Positions 6,853-15,330 of a stretch of 30,113 bases of DNA are shown in pieces. The position numbers and the translations under genes were made by a program. Each line of letters starts with the position of its first letter. Positions within the stretch are counted from its first letter, which is position 1. Source of the DNA: a virus (taxonomy: Duplodnaviria; Caudoviricetes); the IMG/VR virus record IMGVR_UViG_3300014885_000009, positions 1-30,113 of that record; one strand, written 5' to 3'. The notes beneath the pieces were generated by a model that was given only the letters and a program-made list of their open reading frames with translations, was not told the origin of the DNA and did no database searches.

Positions 6853-6914
6853 TTGACTAAAGGCAGCCAACATGTGTAGAGTATGGTATCGGATACTAGT
6901 CGTCAATACCATAC
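6853..6914. promoter_or_regulatory. Overlapping divergent sigma70-type promoters with an inverted-repeat operator
   Basis: Leftward promoter: TTGACG (6906-6901)-N17-TACTCT (6883-6878). Rightward promoter: TTGACT (6853-6858)-N18-TAGAGT (6877-6882). A perfect 9-bp inverted repeat GTATGGTAT (6881-6889)/ATACCATAC (6906-6914) overlaps them. Confidence 0.65.
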
Positions 6915-6931
6915 GTCAAAGATTTCCAAAG

Positions 6932-7147
6932 ATGGCAGAAACAAGCGGCAAACTGGCGGCAAAGATCAAAGCAGCCGTTGAGAAGGACACTCGCTCTATC
7001 TACGCGCTGGCTCATGCCGCGGGCATCGGTCGCACCCAGCTTGGCATGTTCATGCGCGGCGAATCCGATATGACGCTCACCATTGCCGCTCGGCTGTGTG
7101 AGGTGCTGGGGCTGGAATTGACGGATAAGAAAATCCGAAAATCTTAA
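6932..7147 (+). CDS. XRE/Cro-family helix-turn-helix regulator, 71 aa
   Basis: SIYALAHAAGIGRTQLGMFMRGESDMTLTIAARLCEVLGL is an HTH_3-type pattern. The gene is divergent from the early operon. Confidence 0.85.
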   Translation: MAETSGKLAAKIKAAVEKDTRSIYALAHAAGIGRTQLGMFMRGESDMTLTIAARLCEVLGLELTDKKIRKS

Positions 7148-7205
7148 ATCGGCCGCAAGCTGGACAGTTGGTATATTGGACTATTCCAGCCCAGTTTCTA
7201 CGCGC

Positions 7206-7289
7206 CGACCGTCTAACGTTGTGCGTCGATAGTCGTACTGGTCACGCCGTGCGCCGAGCATCGACCGTCTACCCAGCATGATCGACCGT
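7206..7289 (+). repeat. Three short direct repeats CGACCGT(CTA)
   Basis: CGACCGTCTA at 7206-7215 and 7262-7271, and CGACCGT at 7283-7289. Confidence 0.5.
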
Positions 7290-7425
7290 TGATTGTGGGC
7301 TGTTTGGCCGCTGTTGTGGCCTAGCGTGGCCGCGGTGGCCTGACGTACCAAAAACAGCCATTTTGCGTACCCCAGATTACCTAAACACCCCATACACAAC
7401 ACTGGTGGTACATGCTAGTTTGTCG

Positions 7426-7450
7426 TAAGTCGTTGTGGCATAAGGAGTTA
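7426..7450. promoter_or_regulatory. Imperfect palindrome, candidate DNA-bending-protein or recombinase binding site
   Basis: TAAGTCGTTG-TGGCA-TAAGGAGTTA. Each half resembles the (C/T)AA-N4-TTA core of IHF-type sites, in inverted orientation. Confidence 0.4.
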
Positions 7451-7999
7451 GGTTGTGATGCACGATTGCAAATGCAATTGAATTGCAATAGAAACGCATT
7501 CAAGAGCACCTTTCCGCTGTCCGGCTTGCCGCAACTCGCTGCTATGACAGTGTTTACGTCGAGGGAGTGCATCGAAATGTACACAATCTAGATAGGGGTC
7601 ATGGCCCCCCGGCGGCCGGCCGTACTTATGTTATATTCCCCTCCGACACTTTTTCACCTATCTGGGACAAGTGGCCTGTAACGCACCAGAATCGCTCAGA
7701 ATCGACGCTGATGAGGGCGCTCGTCCCTGGTGCCACGTCTGCTGGCAGGTCGTCCTCGGCGCGCAGTGGTGCCAAATTTCACCGCATTTGTTTTCGCTGT
7801 TGCACTCAGCCATCGAAGGCTCCTCCAGCGCCCATGCAAAGTGAGTCCGCACGCTCGAACCTTTGCATGAAAACCAAACACCTGTTAACGGCTTTCCCGT
7901 CTTCTGTAGGTGATTTCTTTGGTGGCAGTCTTTTGCGTGGTTGTGGCGACCCGCTTATACGGCGACTACTTGTCCGGTGCCTCGTCGCGATAGGGAGGC

Positions 8000-8338
8000 T
8001 TATGTGTCGGCGGAGTGTACCGCCTGATCTGGGCTGATTCCGTTTTCTCTCTCGAACTTCTTGGCAGCGTTGAGTTTAAGGCATGACAGAAACGTGCCAC
8101 ACTGCGCACACAAGAGCTTAGAAAATGGCCTACTGATCGAGTCTGACCAGTATTCGATAGAGCCTGATTCGCAACCGCATTCGCATGGTTTGCTTAGCGG
8201 ATATGCCAGTGGTATGGCTCTCAAGAACTTCGTGGATTTCTTCGCTCGTCGTGGCTTTGGATCGTCGTGCCTGCGGAGTAGAGTCCGCTTGGCGGCGTCT
8301 TTTCTGGCGGCTTTAATCCAGCCGAACTTATGCGACAC
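8000..8338 (-). CDS. Hypothetical basic protein with a Zn-ribbon-like CECGC...CAQC motif
   Basis: 112-aa ORF with paired Cys motifs. The start is uncertain. Confidence 0.55.
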   Translation of the reverse strand: MSHKFGWIKAARKDAAKRTLLRRHDDPKPRRAKKSTKFLRAIPLAYPLSKPCECGCESGSIEYWSDSISRPFSKLLCAQCGTFLSCLKLNAAKKFERENGISPDQAVHSADT

Positions 8339-8504
8339 GCGAAGCCAGCCTTTCTAGGCCCGCTTCGTAAAGATGAGCTATCGCGTGTGGGTTGATAGGC
8401 GCGGCGCAAGGGCCGGGCTGTGGAAGATGCTTGATTTCGTTCCTGCGCGGCAGAGCGCAGCCCGGCCGAGAGAATCGGTCGAACACCCTGACGCACATAA
8501 CGAA

Positions 8505-8804
8505 TCAAGCGTCAGAATCTTTGCCTACCTGCCCCTCAGAAGTCAAGGGCTCGTCGTCAGAAACGGCCAGCAGCATCGCCTCTGAGTCCCTGCCGAACAG
8601 CCAGTTTTGAGCGTGGCTGTAGCATTCACAAATGCCAGCTCTGGTTCCGTGTAGCGTGAACTTGGATTCCTGCGGTTCGATGCTCGGCGTCTCATAGCAA
8701 ACCCAGCCGCCCCAGAATAACGCCTGGATCACTCGTGATGTTTGCCGACACCAGAACGTCGGAGGCGATTCGCAGATGGTGGTGACGGTCAGTTCCTCGC
8801 TCAT
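8505..8804 (-). CDS. Hypothetical protein, 99 aa
   Basis: Start moved to ATG 8804 (MSEELTV), giving an ATGA overlap with 8801-8983. Confidence 0.6.
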   Translation of the reverse strand: MSEELTVTTICESPPTFWCRQTSRVIQALFWGGWVCYETPSIEPQESKFTLHGTRAGICECYSHAQNWLFGRDSEAMLLAVSDDEPLTSEGQVGKDSDA

Positions 8805-8983
8805 TCCCCCGGCTCCTGTGCCAACCCCTCTGCGGCTTGCTCCACCGCCACATTCGGAAACTGATCCTTCGGAATTTCCTGGCCGGTAGCGGAGTCGCAC
8901 CACTTGCCGTCCTTGAAGATTAGGAATTGCTTGGTTGGCGGATTGCCGAATTGCTTGGGTGGTTCTGGTAATGGTTCGGTCAT
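8801..8983 (-). CDS. Hypothetical protein, 60 aa
   Basis: ATGA overlaps at both ends and a GGAGG RBS. Confidence 0.6.
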   Translation of the reverse strand: MTEPLPEPPKQFGNPPTKQFLIFKDGKWCDSATGQEIPKDQFPNVAVEQAAEGLAQEPGE

Positions 8984-9213
8984 ACTTCCTCCACGCTGCC
9001 GGGAACGATGCGCCAGCCGTCAAACCATTTCTTATCGTAATAGACTTCGCGTTCTGGAATGGCGGTTCTGGAGCCAAGATATTCTGATGGTCGAATGCCA
9101 TTGTGAATGATTATGGTGAAATCGGACGGTATATCTGCGCAGGTGCATCTCATCACCAGCGGCCCTGCCACTCCAGCCGCTATCGTACCACCGATGAATT
9201 CACGACGGTTCAC
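8980..9213 (-). CDS. Small protein with a twin-arginine-like N-terminus
   Basis: MNRREFIGGTIAAGVAG. GTG start with a GGAGG RBS. Confidence 0.65.
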   Translation of the reverse strand: MNRREFIGGTIAAGVAGPLVMRCTCADIPSDFTIIIHNGIRPSEYLGSRTAIPEREVYYDKKWFDGWRIVPGSVEEV

Positions 9214-9423
9214 TTACGCACCTCCCAAGCTTACATCGCCGTAATAGTCCTCGATTTCCTTATTAGTTCGTTTGCTGTATTTCACTGCTGTCGCGTATAG
9301 GTCATTAACCAGCTCCGCCTCCTTCGTGGCCCTATCCGCAAGCACCATAACAACGAAAGCATCGACCAAGCAACTGAAAGCGTAGTTGATCGGCAAGTGA
9401 ATTTTATCGGACTTTCGGCTCAT
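9214..9423 (-). CDS. Hypothetical protein, 69 aa
   Basis: Coupled to both neighbours (ATGA overlap and abutting stop/start). Confidence 0.6.
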   Translation of the reverse strand: MSRKSDKIHLPINYAFSCLVDAFVVMVLADRATKEAELVNDLYATAVKYSKRTNKEIEDYYGDVSLGGA

Positions 9424-9608
9424 GGTTGCTCGCCTTCCTCCAACGGCGTTTCCTCAATCTGCCCGCCAAAGTACAGGATATGGCCTAGCATCTCCTGATG
9501 CAGCTCGAAGCTGCACTGGGGACAGAGAGCGGCTTCTGTCGGTTCGATGGTCAGGCTGAAGTAGCTGACGCGCACGGTGGCTGTGGATGGGCAGTTGGTG
9601 CAGGTCAT
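9420..9608 (-). CDS. Small Zn-finger-like protein (CTNC...CPQC)
   Basis: Start moved to ATG 9608, giving an ATGA overlap with 9605-9808. Confidence 0.6.
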   Translation of the reverse strand: MTCTNCPSTATVRVSYFSLTIEPTEAALCPQCSFELHQEMLGHILYFGGQIEETPLEEGEQP

Positions 9609-9808
9609 TCTTCCGCAATCTCCAATAGATTCTCTGCCCTGTAAATCACCAGCCATTGATCGAAGTGAAAAGACCGTCCTTCAACAAAACTATCGAACGC
9701 TTCTTTGATTGTGCCAATGAGATGTGCCGTTGGGTCGTGGTTAACGCAATCGACCATTCTCATTGCGTTTGAGATGGAGTCCGTTTGGTAAATGTGCAAG
9801 CCTCTCAT
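9605..9808 (-). CDS. Hypothetical protein, 67 aa
   Basis: ATGA overlaps at both ends. Confidence 0.6.
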   Translation of the reverse strand: MRGLHIYQTDSISNAMRMVDCVNHDPTAHLIGTIKEAFDSFVEGRSFHFDQWLVIYRAENLLEIAEE

Positions 9809-10092
9809 TTCGCCCTCAGTAATTCAGGTCCAAACAACCGAACTCGCTCCCATGTTTTTGATGGCGTGATGCGAAATGTCCTTACCACAAAATCGACGCC
9901 ATGCTTTGGATCGTGCGGCTGCCAGAGACAGCGAGCGGTCCTGCCTTGCAATAACTCCACTACGCCTGTCCTTTCTTCGATAGTCTCAGCCCACTGGATC
10001 ATGGACCAAATGCACATTCCGGCTCTTGGCTTCGGATAAATCACAGCCATCGGCAGTGCGAAAAGGGCAACGAAAAATGTTCTTCTGCTCAT
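9805..10092 (-). CDS. Small protein with a twin-arginine-like N-terminus
   Basis: Start moved to ATG 10092 (MSRRTFFVALFALPMAVI), giving an ATGA overlap with 10089-10346. Confidence 0.6.
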   Translation of the reverse strand: MSRRTFFVALFALPMAVIYPKPRAGMCIWSMIQWAETIEERTGVVELLQGRTARCLWQPHDPKHGVDFVVRTFRITPSKTWERVRLFGPELLRAK

Positions 10093-10346
10093 CCGATTGA
10101 CCTCGAACCCCAGATTCCTCGCCACGCTGCCCGCCGAAGCTTGTGACGTGCCCTTGTTTCTGGCGTTAGTATTGCCCGGTAGTCAGCGGTCGGCTTTGGC
10201 AAGATTACTGGTTTCCAATAATCCTTCTTTACGCCGTTTGAAAATCTGACTGTAACAGTGCGATAACCGGCTGGCGCGGCACGCTTGCCGGAAATCAGCC
10301 AAAGCAACGAAGATAATGCAGTCGCGAAGAATGTGCGGCGGTTCAT
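10089..10346 (-). CDS. Small protein with a twin-arginine-like N-terminus
   Basis: MNRRTFFATALSSLLWLISG, with ATGA overlaps. Confidence 0.6.
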   Translation of the reverse strand: MNRRTFFATALSSLLWLISGKRAAPAGYRTVTVRFSNGVKKDYWKPVILPKPTADYRAILTPETRARHKLRRAAWRGIWGSRSIG

Positions 10347-10891
10347 TTCTTTTTTAAACCTCTCTTGACCTTGCGTTTTATAGCTACCCTCTTCTTTCGA
10401 GTGCTAATAGCTCTATTTAATTTCGAGAATCTTAATTGGCAAATCGTCCGAACAAACGCAATCTCGCCCAAGAGTTTCTTGCAGTCAGCGGTATGGCTTG
10501 CTAAAGCCTCGTCGGTGCGTTTAATCCTGGCCAGCATTACATTTTCCAGCACACTCAGGTCTCGATACGAAGGCTTCTCCTCAAAGGATGAGACGGACGA
10601 GGAGAGCGATGAGATAGAGCGATTGATTTCCAGTAAGTCTTGAGAGAATCTGCGCACATCGGTAAGTTTTTTCAGGACGTTTTTTGTTTCTTCGATATTC
10701 GCTATAAGTCCCCCAATCGCCTGACGAGTCCACGTGTCGCAGCCGATTAGATTGCTGATTTCATGGGCGAGCTGAACCGCATCGCTTGTAACAGGCGGTG
10801 TGTATTGTGCTTTTGGCGTTGCGCAGTACAGGCACAGCCTTCGTTCTTGGCCGTGCACACACAATGGGATCTTCGCAGTGTCATAGATCAT
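10343..10891 (-). CDS. Hypothetical protein, 182 aa (N-terminal CxH...CxxC, helical body, basic tail)
   Basis: ATGA overlaps at both ends. Confidence 0.65.
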   Translation of the reverse strand: MIYDTAKIPLCVHGQERRLCLYCATPKAQYTPPVTSDAVQLAHEISNLIGCDTWTRQAIGGLIANIEETKNVLKKLTDVRRFSQDLLEINRSISSLSSSVSSFEEKPSYRDLSVLENVMLARIKRTDEALASHTADCKKLLGEIAFVRTICQLRFSKLNRAISTRKKRVAIKRKVKRGLKKK

Positions 10892-11088
10892 GCTACTGGC
10901 ACCTCAACCGGCACCTCCACGAAACTCACCGGCCTGAAAAACGCCGTAATCACCCGATCGTCTCGGTGAAACTCAAGCCAGCCGGTCTCGTCCTTCGAGA
11001 CGCAATCGGCTTCGACCGTCACGTGGGTTCCACCGGAACCAAGGACTTCGTACTTCCGAACGACCTTCGCGATTTTAGCCTTACTCAT
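10888..11088 (-). CDS. Hypothetical protein, 66 aa
   Basis: ATG with an AAGGA RBS, and an ATGA overlap downstream. Confidence 0.65.
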   Translation of the reverse strand: MSKAKIAKVVRKYEVLGSGGTHVTVEADCVSKDETGWLEFHRDDRVITAFFRPVSFVEVPVEVPVA

Positions 11089-11111
11089 TTTGGTTTCCTT
11101 TCAGAAATAGA

Positions 11112-11576
11112 TCACCCAGACAGTTCTCTCCAGTGCGGCACTGTGTATTCGCGATTTCTGGCGCTCTCGATGAACTTGCATCTTCGCACCTCACGCTCAA
11201 CCTCCCAGCCGAATCGTTTGGCCAGGAAATCCAATTCGTGTTGATCGTAGCGACCGTAAGCCAGCATCCTCGCGTCAAAGCTGAGCGTCATTCGGTAGGT
11301 GTCACCTTTTGTGCGGTCCCACTCTACCTGACTTCCTCGCTTGAGTATTGCGTCTATAGCTTGTCCCTGCTTCTCAAGTTCTTCGGCGTGTGCCTCCGAT
11401 TGGCGCTTTAGCCGTTGTTCCAAGTGCGCCTCTCGCTTTTTGTATTCCGCCTCTTGAATATCAAGCGACCTCTTTTGGCCCTCAATCAACTCGTCGCCCC
11501 ACTCCTTAACCGCATCTTCCATCGTGGACTTCCACACCAGCGGCCACCATTTGAGGAATCTGGCGATGATTGTCAT
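11112..11576 (-). CDS. Coiled-coil hypothetical protein
   Basis: Start moved to ATG 11576 (GGAGG RBS, ATGA overlap with the DUF1580-like gene). The central region is E/K/Q-rich. Confidence 0.7.
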   Translation of the reverse strand: MTIIARFLKWWPLVWKSTMEDAVKEWGDELIEGQKRSLDIQEAEYKKREAHLEQRLKRQSEAHAEELEKQGQAIDAILKRGSQVEWDRTKGDTYRMTLSFDARMLAYGRYDQHELDFLAKRFGWEVEREVRRCKFIESARNREYTVPHWRELSG

Positions 11577-11818
11577 GCTTCCTCCCCGCACCCGTTCAGG
11601 CGAGCGATGAAGCGGCCGTAAGCCTCCATCGTCGTGTGACGGCCACCAGTGAGGCGCACAGTTTCAAGTTTGACGCGCTTGCCACCTGGGCAGCCGCGAT
11701 CTGCGAGAAGGCCGCGTTTCCACCATTTGCGAACGGTGTCGTAGTCGCGCGGTTCTTGAAGGTGCCTACCGAAGACGCGCAGCAGAATGGGCTTTTCAAC
11801 CCGGAGATCAATGCTCAC
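11573..11818 (-). CDS. DUF1580-like small DNA-binding (excisionase-like HTH) protein
   Basis: TVRKWWKRG...RVKLETVRLTGGRHTTMEAYGRFI matches the pattern I recall for DUF1580 proteins of Planctomycetota. Confidence 0.75.
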   Translation of the reverse strand: MSIDLRVEKPILLRVFGRHLQEPRDYDTVRKWWKRGLLADRGCPGGKRVKLETVRLTGGRHTTMEAYGRFIARLNGCGEEA

Positions 11819-11937
11819 AGGGCAGAACTCAGAAGATTCCTAACGCCCTCTACCGCGATTAGCATCATGCCAATGCCAGATTCTACCAAACTTCCGTGTG
11901 CGACCGCAAGTATCTCCCACGCGATACGGAAGCTTTC

Positions 11938-12969
11938 ATGGCCGAAACCGCTACTCCTGTTGACCCGGCAGCCGCGCCGCCTCCACCGCCCGCAGCGCCC
12001 CAACTATCGCCGGGGCAAAAGCTCCTGCAAGCCGCTCCGCTGGAACAACAGCCGCCGGTTGAGACTCCGCCGCCCGCCGAACCGCCGGCGCTCTCGCCAC
12101 GCCTTGCCAAGCTGAAAGACGAATTCGGGTTCGAGAACGTAGCCGACGAAGACGAGGCGTTCGACCGGCTGGTGGACTACACGAAGAACCTGAAAAACGA
12201 GTTCAGCGCCCAGCTTCAATCGGCGATTGCGGAACTGAAGCAGACCCAGCCGACCACGGTTGCCCCGCCTGCGCCGACGCAAGACGCCAAAGGCAAATGG
12301 ACTTGGGCACCACCCGCAGTTGACCCCACGATCGTTTCGCAGTTCCGCACCGCCGATGGCTGGAAGCCGGAGACCCCAGCCGACATCAAAGCCGCCGCCG
12401 AAGCCCGTCAGGCGTATCTCGATAGCTTCGCCCGCAAGTTCGTGAACGATCCGGCCGGAACACTCAGGCCGCTCTTGGAGGACACGTTCGGAGAATTCTT
12501 CGACCAGCGGTTCGGTGACATCGCCTCGCAGCAGCAGCAGCAGTCGTATCAGCAGCAGGTGTTTTCCGAGAATCCCTGGCTCTGGGAAAAAGACCCGGTA
12601 TCCAACCAGCCGCAAATCGGCAGGCTCTCCGCCGAAGGCCAGTTGCTCAACCAGCACTTCGTCGAAGCCGAGCGGAGCGGCATGAGCTTCGATATGGCCT
12701 GGAAGTATGCCCATGCGATGCACACTGCGGCGAAGCTGGCCACTCAGAACAAAACCGACGCCTCCTCGCAGACGGCCGCCGAAGTCAACGCCCAGCAGAA
12801 GGCCGACCTGCTGCGCCGCGCCGGCAATCCAACGCCGAGTCGTGGCGCGAGTCTGCCAGCGCCAGCCGCCACGAACCAGACGCAAAACCGGCACTTGAGC
12901 TTTGGCGAACGCTTACGACAGAACGCCCAGCGTAACGGCGTGCCGCTTCACCCACTTGAATCAGCCTAG
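11938..12969 (+). CDS. Capsid scaffolding protein
   Basis: Pro/Ala/Gln-rich, helical and acidic, directly upstream of the major capsid gene. Start taken at ATG 11938 (MAETATP). Confidence 0.7.
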   Translation: MAETATPVDPAAAPPPPPAAPQLSPGQKLLQAAPLEQQPPVETPPPAEPPALSPRLAKLKDEFGFENVADEDEAFDRLVDYTKNLKNEFSAQLQSAIAELKQTQPTTVAPPAPTQDAKGKWTWAPPAVDPTIVSQFRTADGWKPETPADIKAAAEARQAYLDSFARKFVNDPAGTLRPLLEDTFGEFFDQRFGDIASQQQQQSYQQQVFSENPWLWEKDPVSNQPQIGRLSAEGQLLNQHFVEAERSGMSFDMAWKYAHAMHTAAKLATQNKTDASSQTAAEVNAQQKADLLRRAGNPTPSRGASLPAPAATNQTQNRHLSFGERLRQNAQRNGVPLHPLESA

Positions 12970-13012
12970 CCCGGCGCGCCAGCGCCGAATCAACAAGTAA
13001 GGAACCGAAACC

Positions 13013-14167
13013 ATGACCGGCGTGACCTACCAGGGCTACACCAATACCGATTGGGCGCGTACCGCCGCAACCACGCTTGCCGATCACATCCGCGACGAGG
13101 AGCAGGCGTGGATGAAGAACTACCAGCTCGGCGCGCTGCTCGAAGCCAACGGGCGCATTTCGTACAACCACGGCGGCCGGGGCATGACCTGGCCAGTTCG
13201 CTATCGCAAGCACGCGATGGAAGGCAACACCGGGGAAACGCCGCGCAACTTTGCCCGCAAGAATCTGTGGAAGGTCGCGGCGCTGCCCAACAAGCGCGGC
13301 TATCAGGCGACCGACAGCATCAGCAAGGGCGAAATGCTGGAGAACCGCGGGGAACCGGCCATCATCAAGCTCTTTGACGACTTCGTGGAGCGCATCAGCG
13401 AGTCCATGAAGCAGGGCGTCGGGCCGGAGTTCTACATCGACGGCAACGCCACCGGCAACGAGCAGTCATGGCACGGATTGGAATCGGCCTTCGGTGCCAC
13501 GCAAACCGTGACCGCCGGCACCGCCGGCGCAGTCGCCCGCACCGCGAACGCCGCGGACTTCGTGGGCTACCCCAACGATACCTACGCCGAACTATCGACG
13601 GTCCTCGGCAATGAAGGCGGCGAAGGCGATCCGGTCGCCACCTGGCCCAACGGAGTCAACGACCCAGAGTTCGATTTCTGGTCGCCGCTGCTGGTGAACT
13701 ACACCTGTAGCGGATTCAGCGGTGCCGCCGACACGTGGGCCGCGCAGGGCGATGAAGCGCTGCGGTTCGGCATCATCCACGGCCAGCGCAACAGCCTGCA
13801 AGACGGGCAGATGACCAACGTGCTGCTGGACCGCAACTTGTATTTCCAACTGCTTAATTTAATAGACAACAAAGAGCAGTTAAACGTGAACAGGGGAGAG
13901 GATTGGAGCCTCGTGCGCCTCGGCTTCAAGAACGTCGTCGGATTCGACGGCATCGAAGTTTCGTGGGAGACGGGCATTCCGGCGAACGTCGGATACGGCC
14001 TGAACTACAAGAACATCGAACTGCGGTGCATGGAAGACACGATCTTCAAGAGCGAAGGTCCGTTCTACGACGAGCACACGCAAAATTACAATGCGGTCGT
14101 GTACACGCTCTCGAATATGAAGCTCAATAGCCCCAGGAACTTCGTTAAATATCTGACGCTCGCATAG
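13013..14167 (+). CDS. Major capsid protein (HK97 fold, podovirus-type family)
   Basis: 384 aa with an AAGGA RBS. TTL...LLEANGRISYNHGGRGMTWPVRY and the C-terminal LNSPRNFVK resemble that capsid family. It follows the scaffold gene. Confidence 0.85.
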   Translation: MTGVTYQGYTNTDWARTAATTLADHIRDEEQAWMKNYQLGALLEANGRISYNHGGRGMTWPVRYRKHAMEGNTGETPRNFARKNLWKVAALPNKRGYQATDSISKGEMLENRGEPAIIKLFDDFVERISESMKQGVGPEFYIDGNATGNEQSWHGLESAFGATQTVTAGTAGAVARTANAADFVGYPNDTYAELSTVLGNEGGEGDPVATWPNGVNDPEFDFWSPLLVNYTCSGFSGAADTWAAQGDEALRFGIIHGQRNSLQDGQMTNVLLDRNLYFQLLNLIDNKEQLNVNRGEDWSLVRLGFKNVVGFDGIEVSWETGIPANVGYGLNYKNIELRCMEDTIFKSEGPFYDEHTQNYNAVVYTLSNMKLNSPRNFVKYLTLA

Positions 14168-14221
14168 GCGACTCAACTCACCAACTCACCTTCGGCACTT
14201 TGCGCCCAAGAGGATACTGAA

Positions 14222-14878
14222 ATGCAAATCAACGATCTCCCGTGCCCAATCGGCGAATCACTCGCCGGTAAGGACGCCGCCGGCACTCTGGTAAACACCG
14301 ACAAGTGCGGTCGGCCATATGTCATCCCGGCCAACCGGATGACGGCTCTGCTGCGAGGCAACAAGCAACGCTTCACCGGCAAGCCGTTGATTGGCGTGCT
14401 GATGCGGAACACGTCGGGCCTGACGATGCTCGGCAAGCGCTTGGTGCAGATTGTCCGGGCCGCCGGCTACACCATGACGCAGGAGTTCGACGGCTACTCG
14501 GCCACCTTGGCGAACAAGGGTGTCGGCTTGCTGGACCCGTACCTGCCCACGACTGGCGTGGTGGACGACGACATCGCTTGGGTGTTCTTCGGCGGCCCGC
14601 TGCCGTGCCTGCTGCCGCTGGTCGCATCGGACCATACGGCGGACATCGCGGTTGGCGACGGCCTCGTGGCAGCCACCGGCACGACCACGGGCGTCACGAC
14701 GAGCGGACGAATTACCCACGTTCGGTTCGTGAACTCGACGGCCGGCGGTACGCAAGCATCACTGAACGCCTACGACATGAGCGTGGGCTTGCTGGGCCGG
14801 GCGATGAGCGCGCGGACCTCGCAAGAGACGACTGCCGGGGCGGACCTGCTGGTAGATTTTTTCATTAAATATTGGTAG
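14222..14878 (+). CDS. Probable capsid decoration/cement protein
   Basis: 218 aa, G/A/T-rich, immediately after the capsid gene and before the terminator. Contains an IAVGDGLVA motif. Confidence 0.6.
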   Translation: MQINDLPCPIGESLAGKDAAGTLVNTDKCGRPYVIPANRMTALLRGNKQRFTGKPLIGVLMRNTSGLTMLGKRLVQIVRAAGYTMTQEFDGYSATLANKGVGLLDPYLPTTGVVDDDIAWVFFGGPLPCLLPLVASDHTADIAVGDGLVAATGTTTGVTTSGRITHVRFVNSTAGGTQASLNAYDMSVGLLGRAMSARTSQETTAGADLLVDFFIKYW

Positions 14879-14972
14879 GAGCCTCAGTCCGACAATTCAA
14901 TGTGCCACGACCAGTATGGTGGAAGTGGCCGCACGATTGTGATGCTCGCTTCACGGTGAGCCATCGCGTGGG

Positions 14973-15010
14973 GCCGGATGTGGAACCATACACCACATTC
15001 GGCTTTTTTT
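14973..15010 (+). terminator. Rho-independent terminator after the capsid genes
   Basis: GCCGGATGTGG-AACCATACA-CCACATTCGGC-TTTTTTT, an 11-bp stem followed by T7. Confidence 0.85.
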
Positions 15011-15022
15011 ATGAGATGAACT

Positions 15023-15256
15023 ATGGCAACTATTACACACCAGCCGGCTGTTTACAGACTTGAAATGACGCGGGAAGAAGCGGCTGGTTTTGCGGCACTG
15101 TGCAGTATCAACCTTAAAGTAATGCTGCAAGTTCTCCGCAAGGAAATGGGCAACGTCATTGTTGATCCGTCATGTGACGAAGGGCTGCAAAGTCTTTTTG
15201 ATTCGTGCCGGAAGAATGATTCGCTCAAGGAATTCAGGAGAGTGGAGTTCCGCTGA
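15023..15256 (+). CDS. Hypothetical protein, 77 aa
   Basis: ATG-started ORF between the terminator and the endonuclease gene. Confidence 0.55.
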   Translation: MATITHQPAVYRLEMTREEAAGFAALCSINLKVMLQVLRKEMGNVIVDPSCDEGLQSLFDSCRKNDSLKEFRRVEFR

Positions 15257-15330
15257 GTGCAACAAAACAACCCCGCTGTTTGAGCAACGGGGTCTAACCA
15301 GCATCACCTGAAGTTACCAGGAGAGTGGCT

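Noticed and set aside
7181-8037. Several ORFs of 60-156 aa in the gap region.
   Set aside because: They overlap on both strands, lack clear RBSs and have non-protein-like composition.
8221-8508. 95-aa minus-strand ORF with a TTG start.
   Set aside because: It overlaps 8000-8338 by more than 100 bp and has no recognisable features. It is left uncalled, though not excluded.
12529-12543. (CAG)5 run.
   Set aside because: It is an in-frame poly-Gln tract in the scaffold protein, not a phase-variation or regulatory repeat.
12004-12894. 296-aa antisense ORF (similarly 21299-22423, 23831-24703 and 28962-29777).
   Set aside because: These are shadow frames of well-supported genes in GC-rich, codon-biased DNA.
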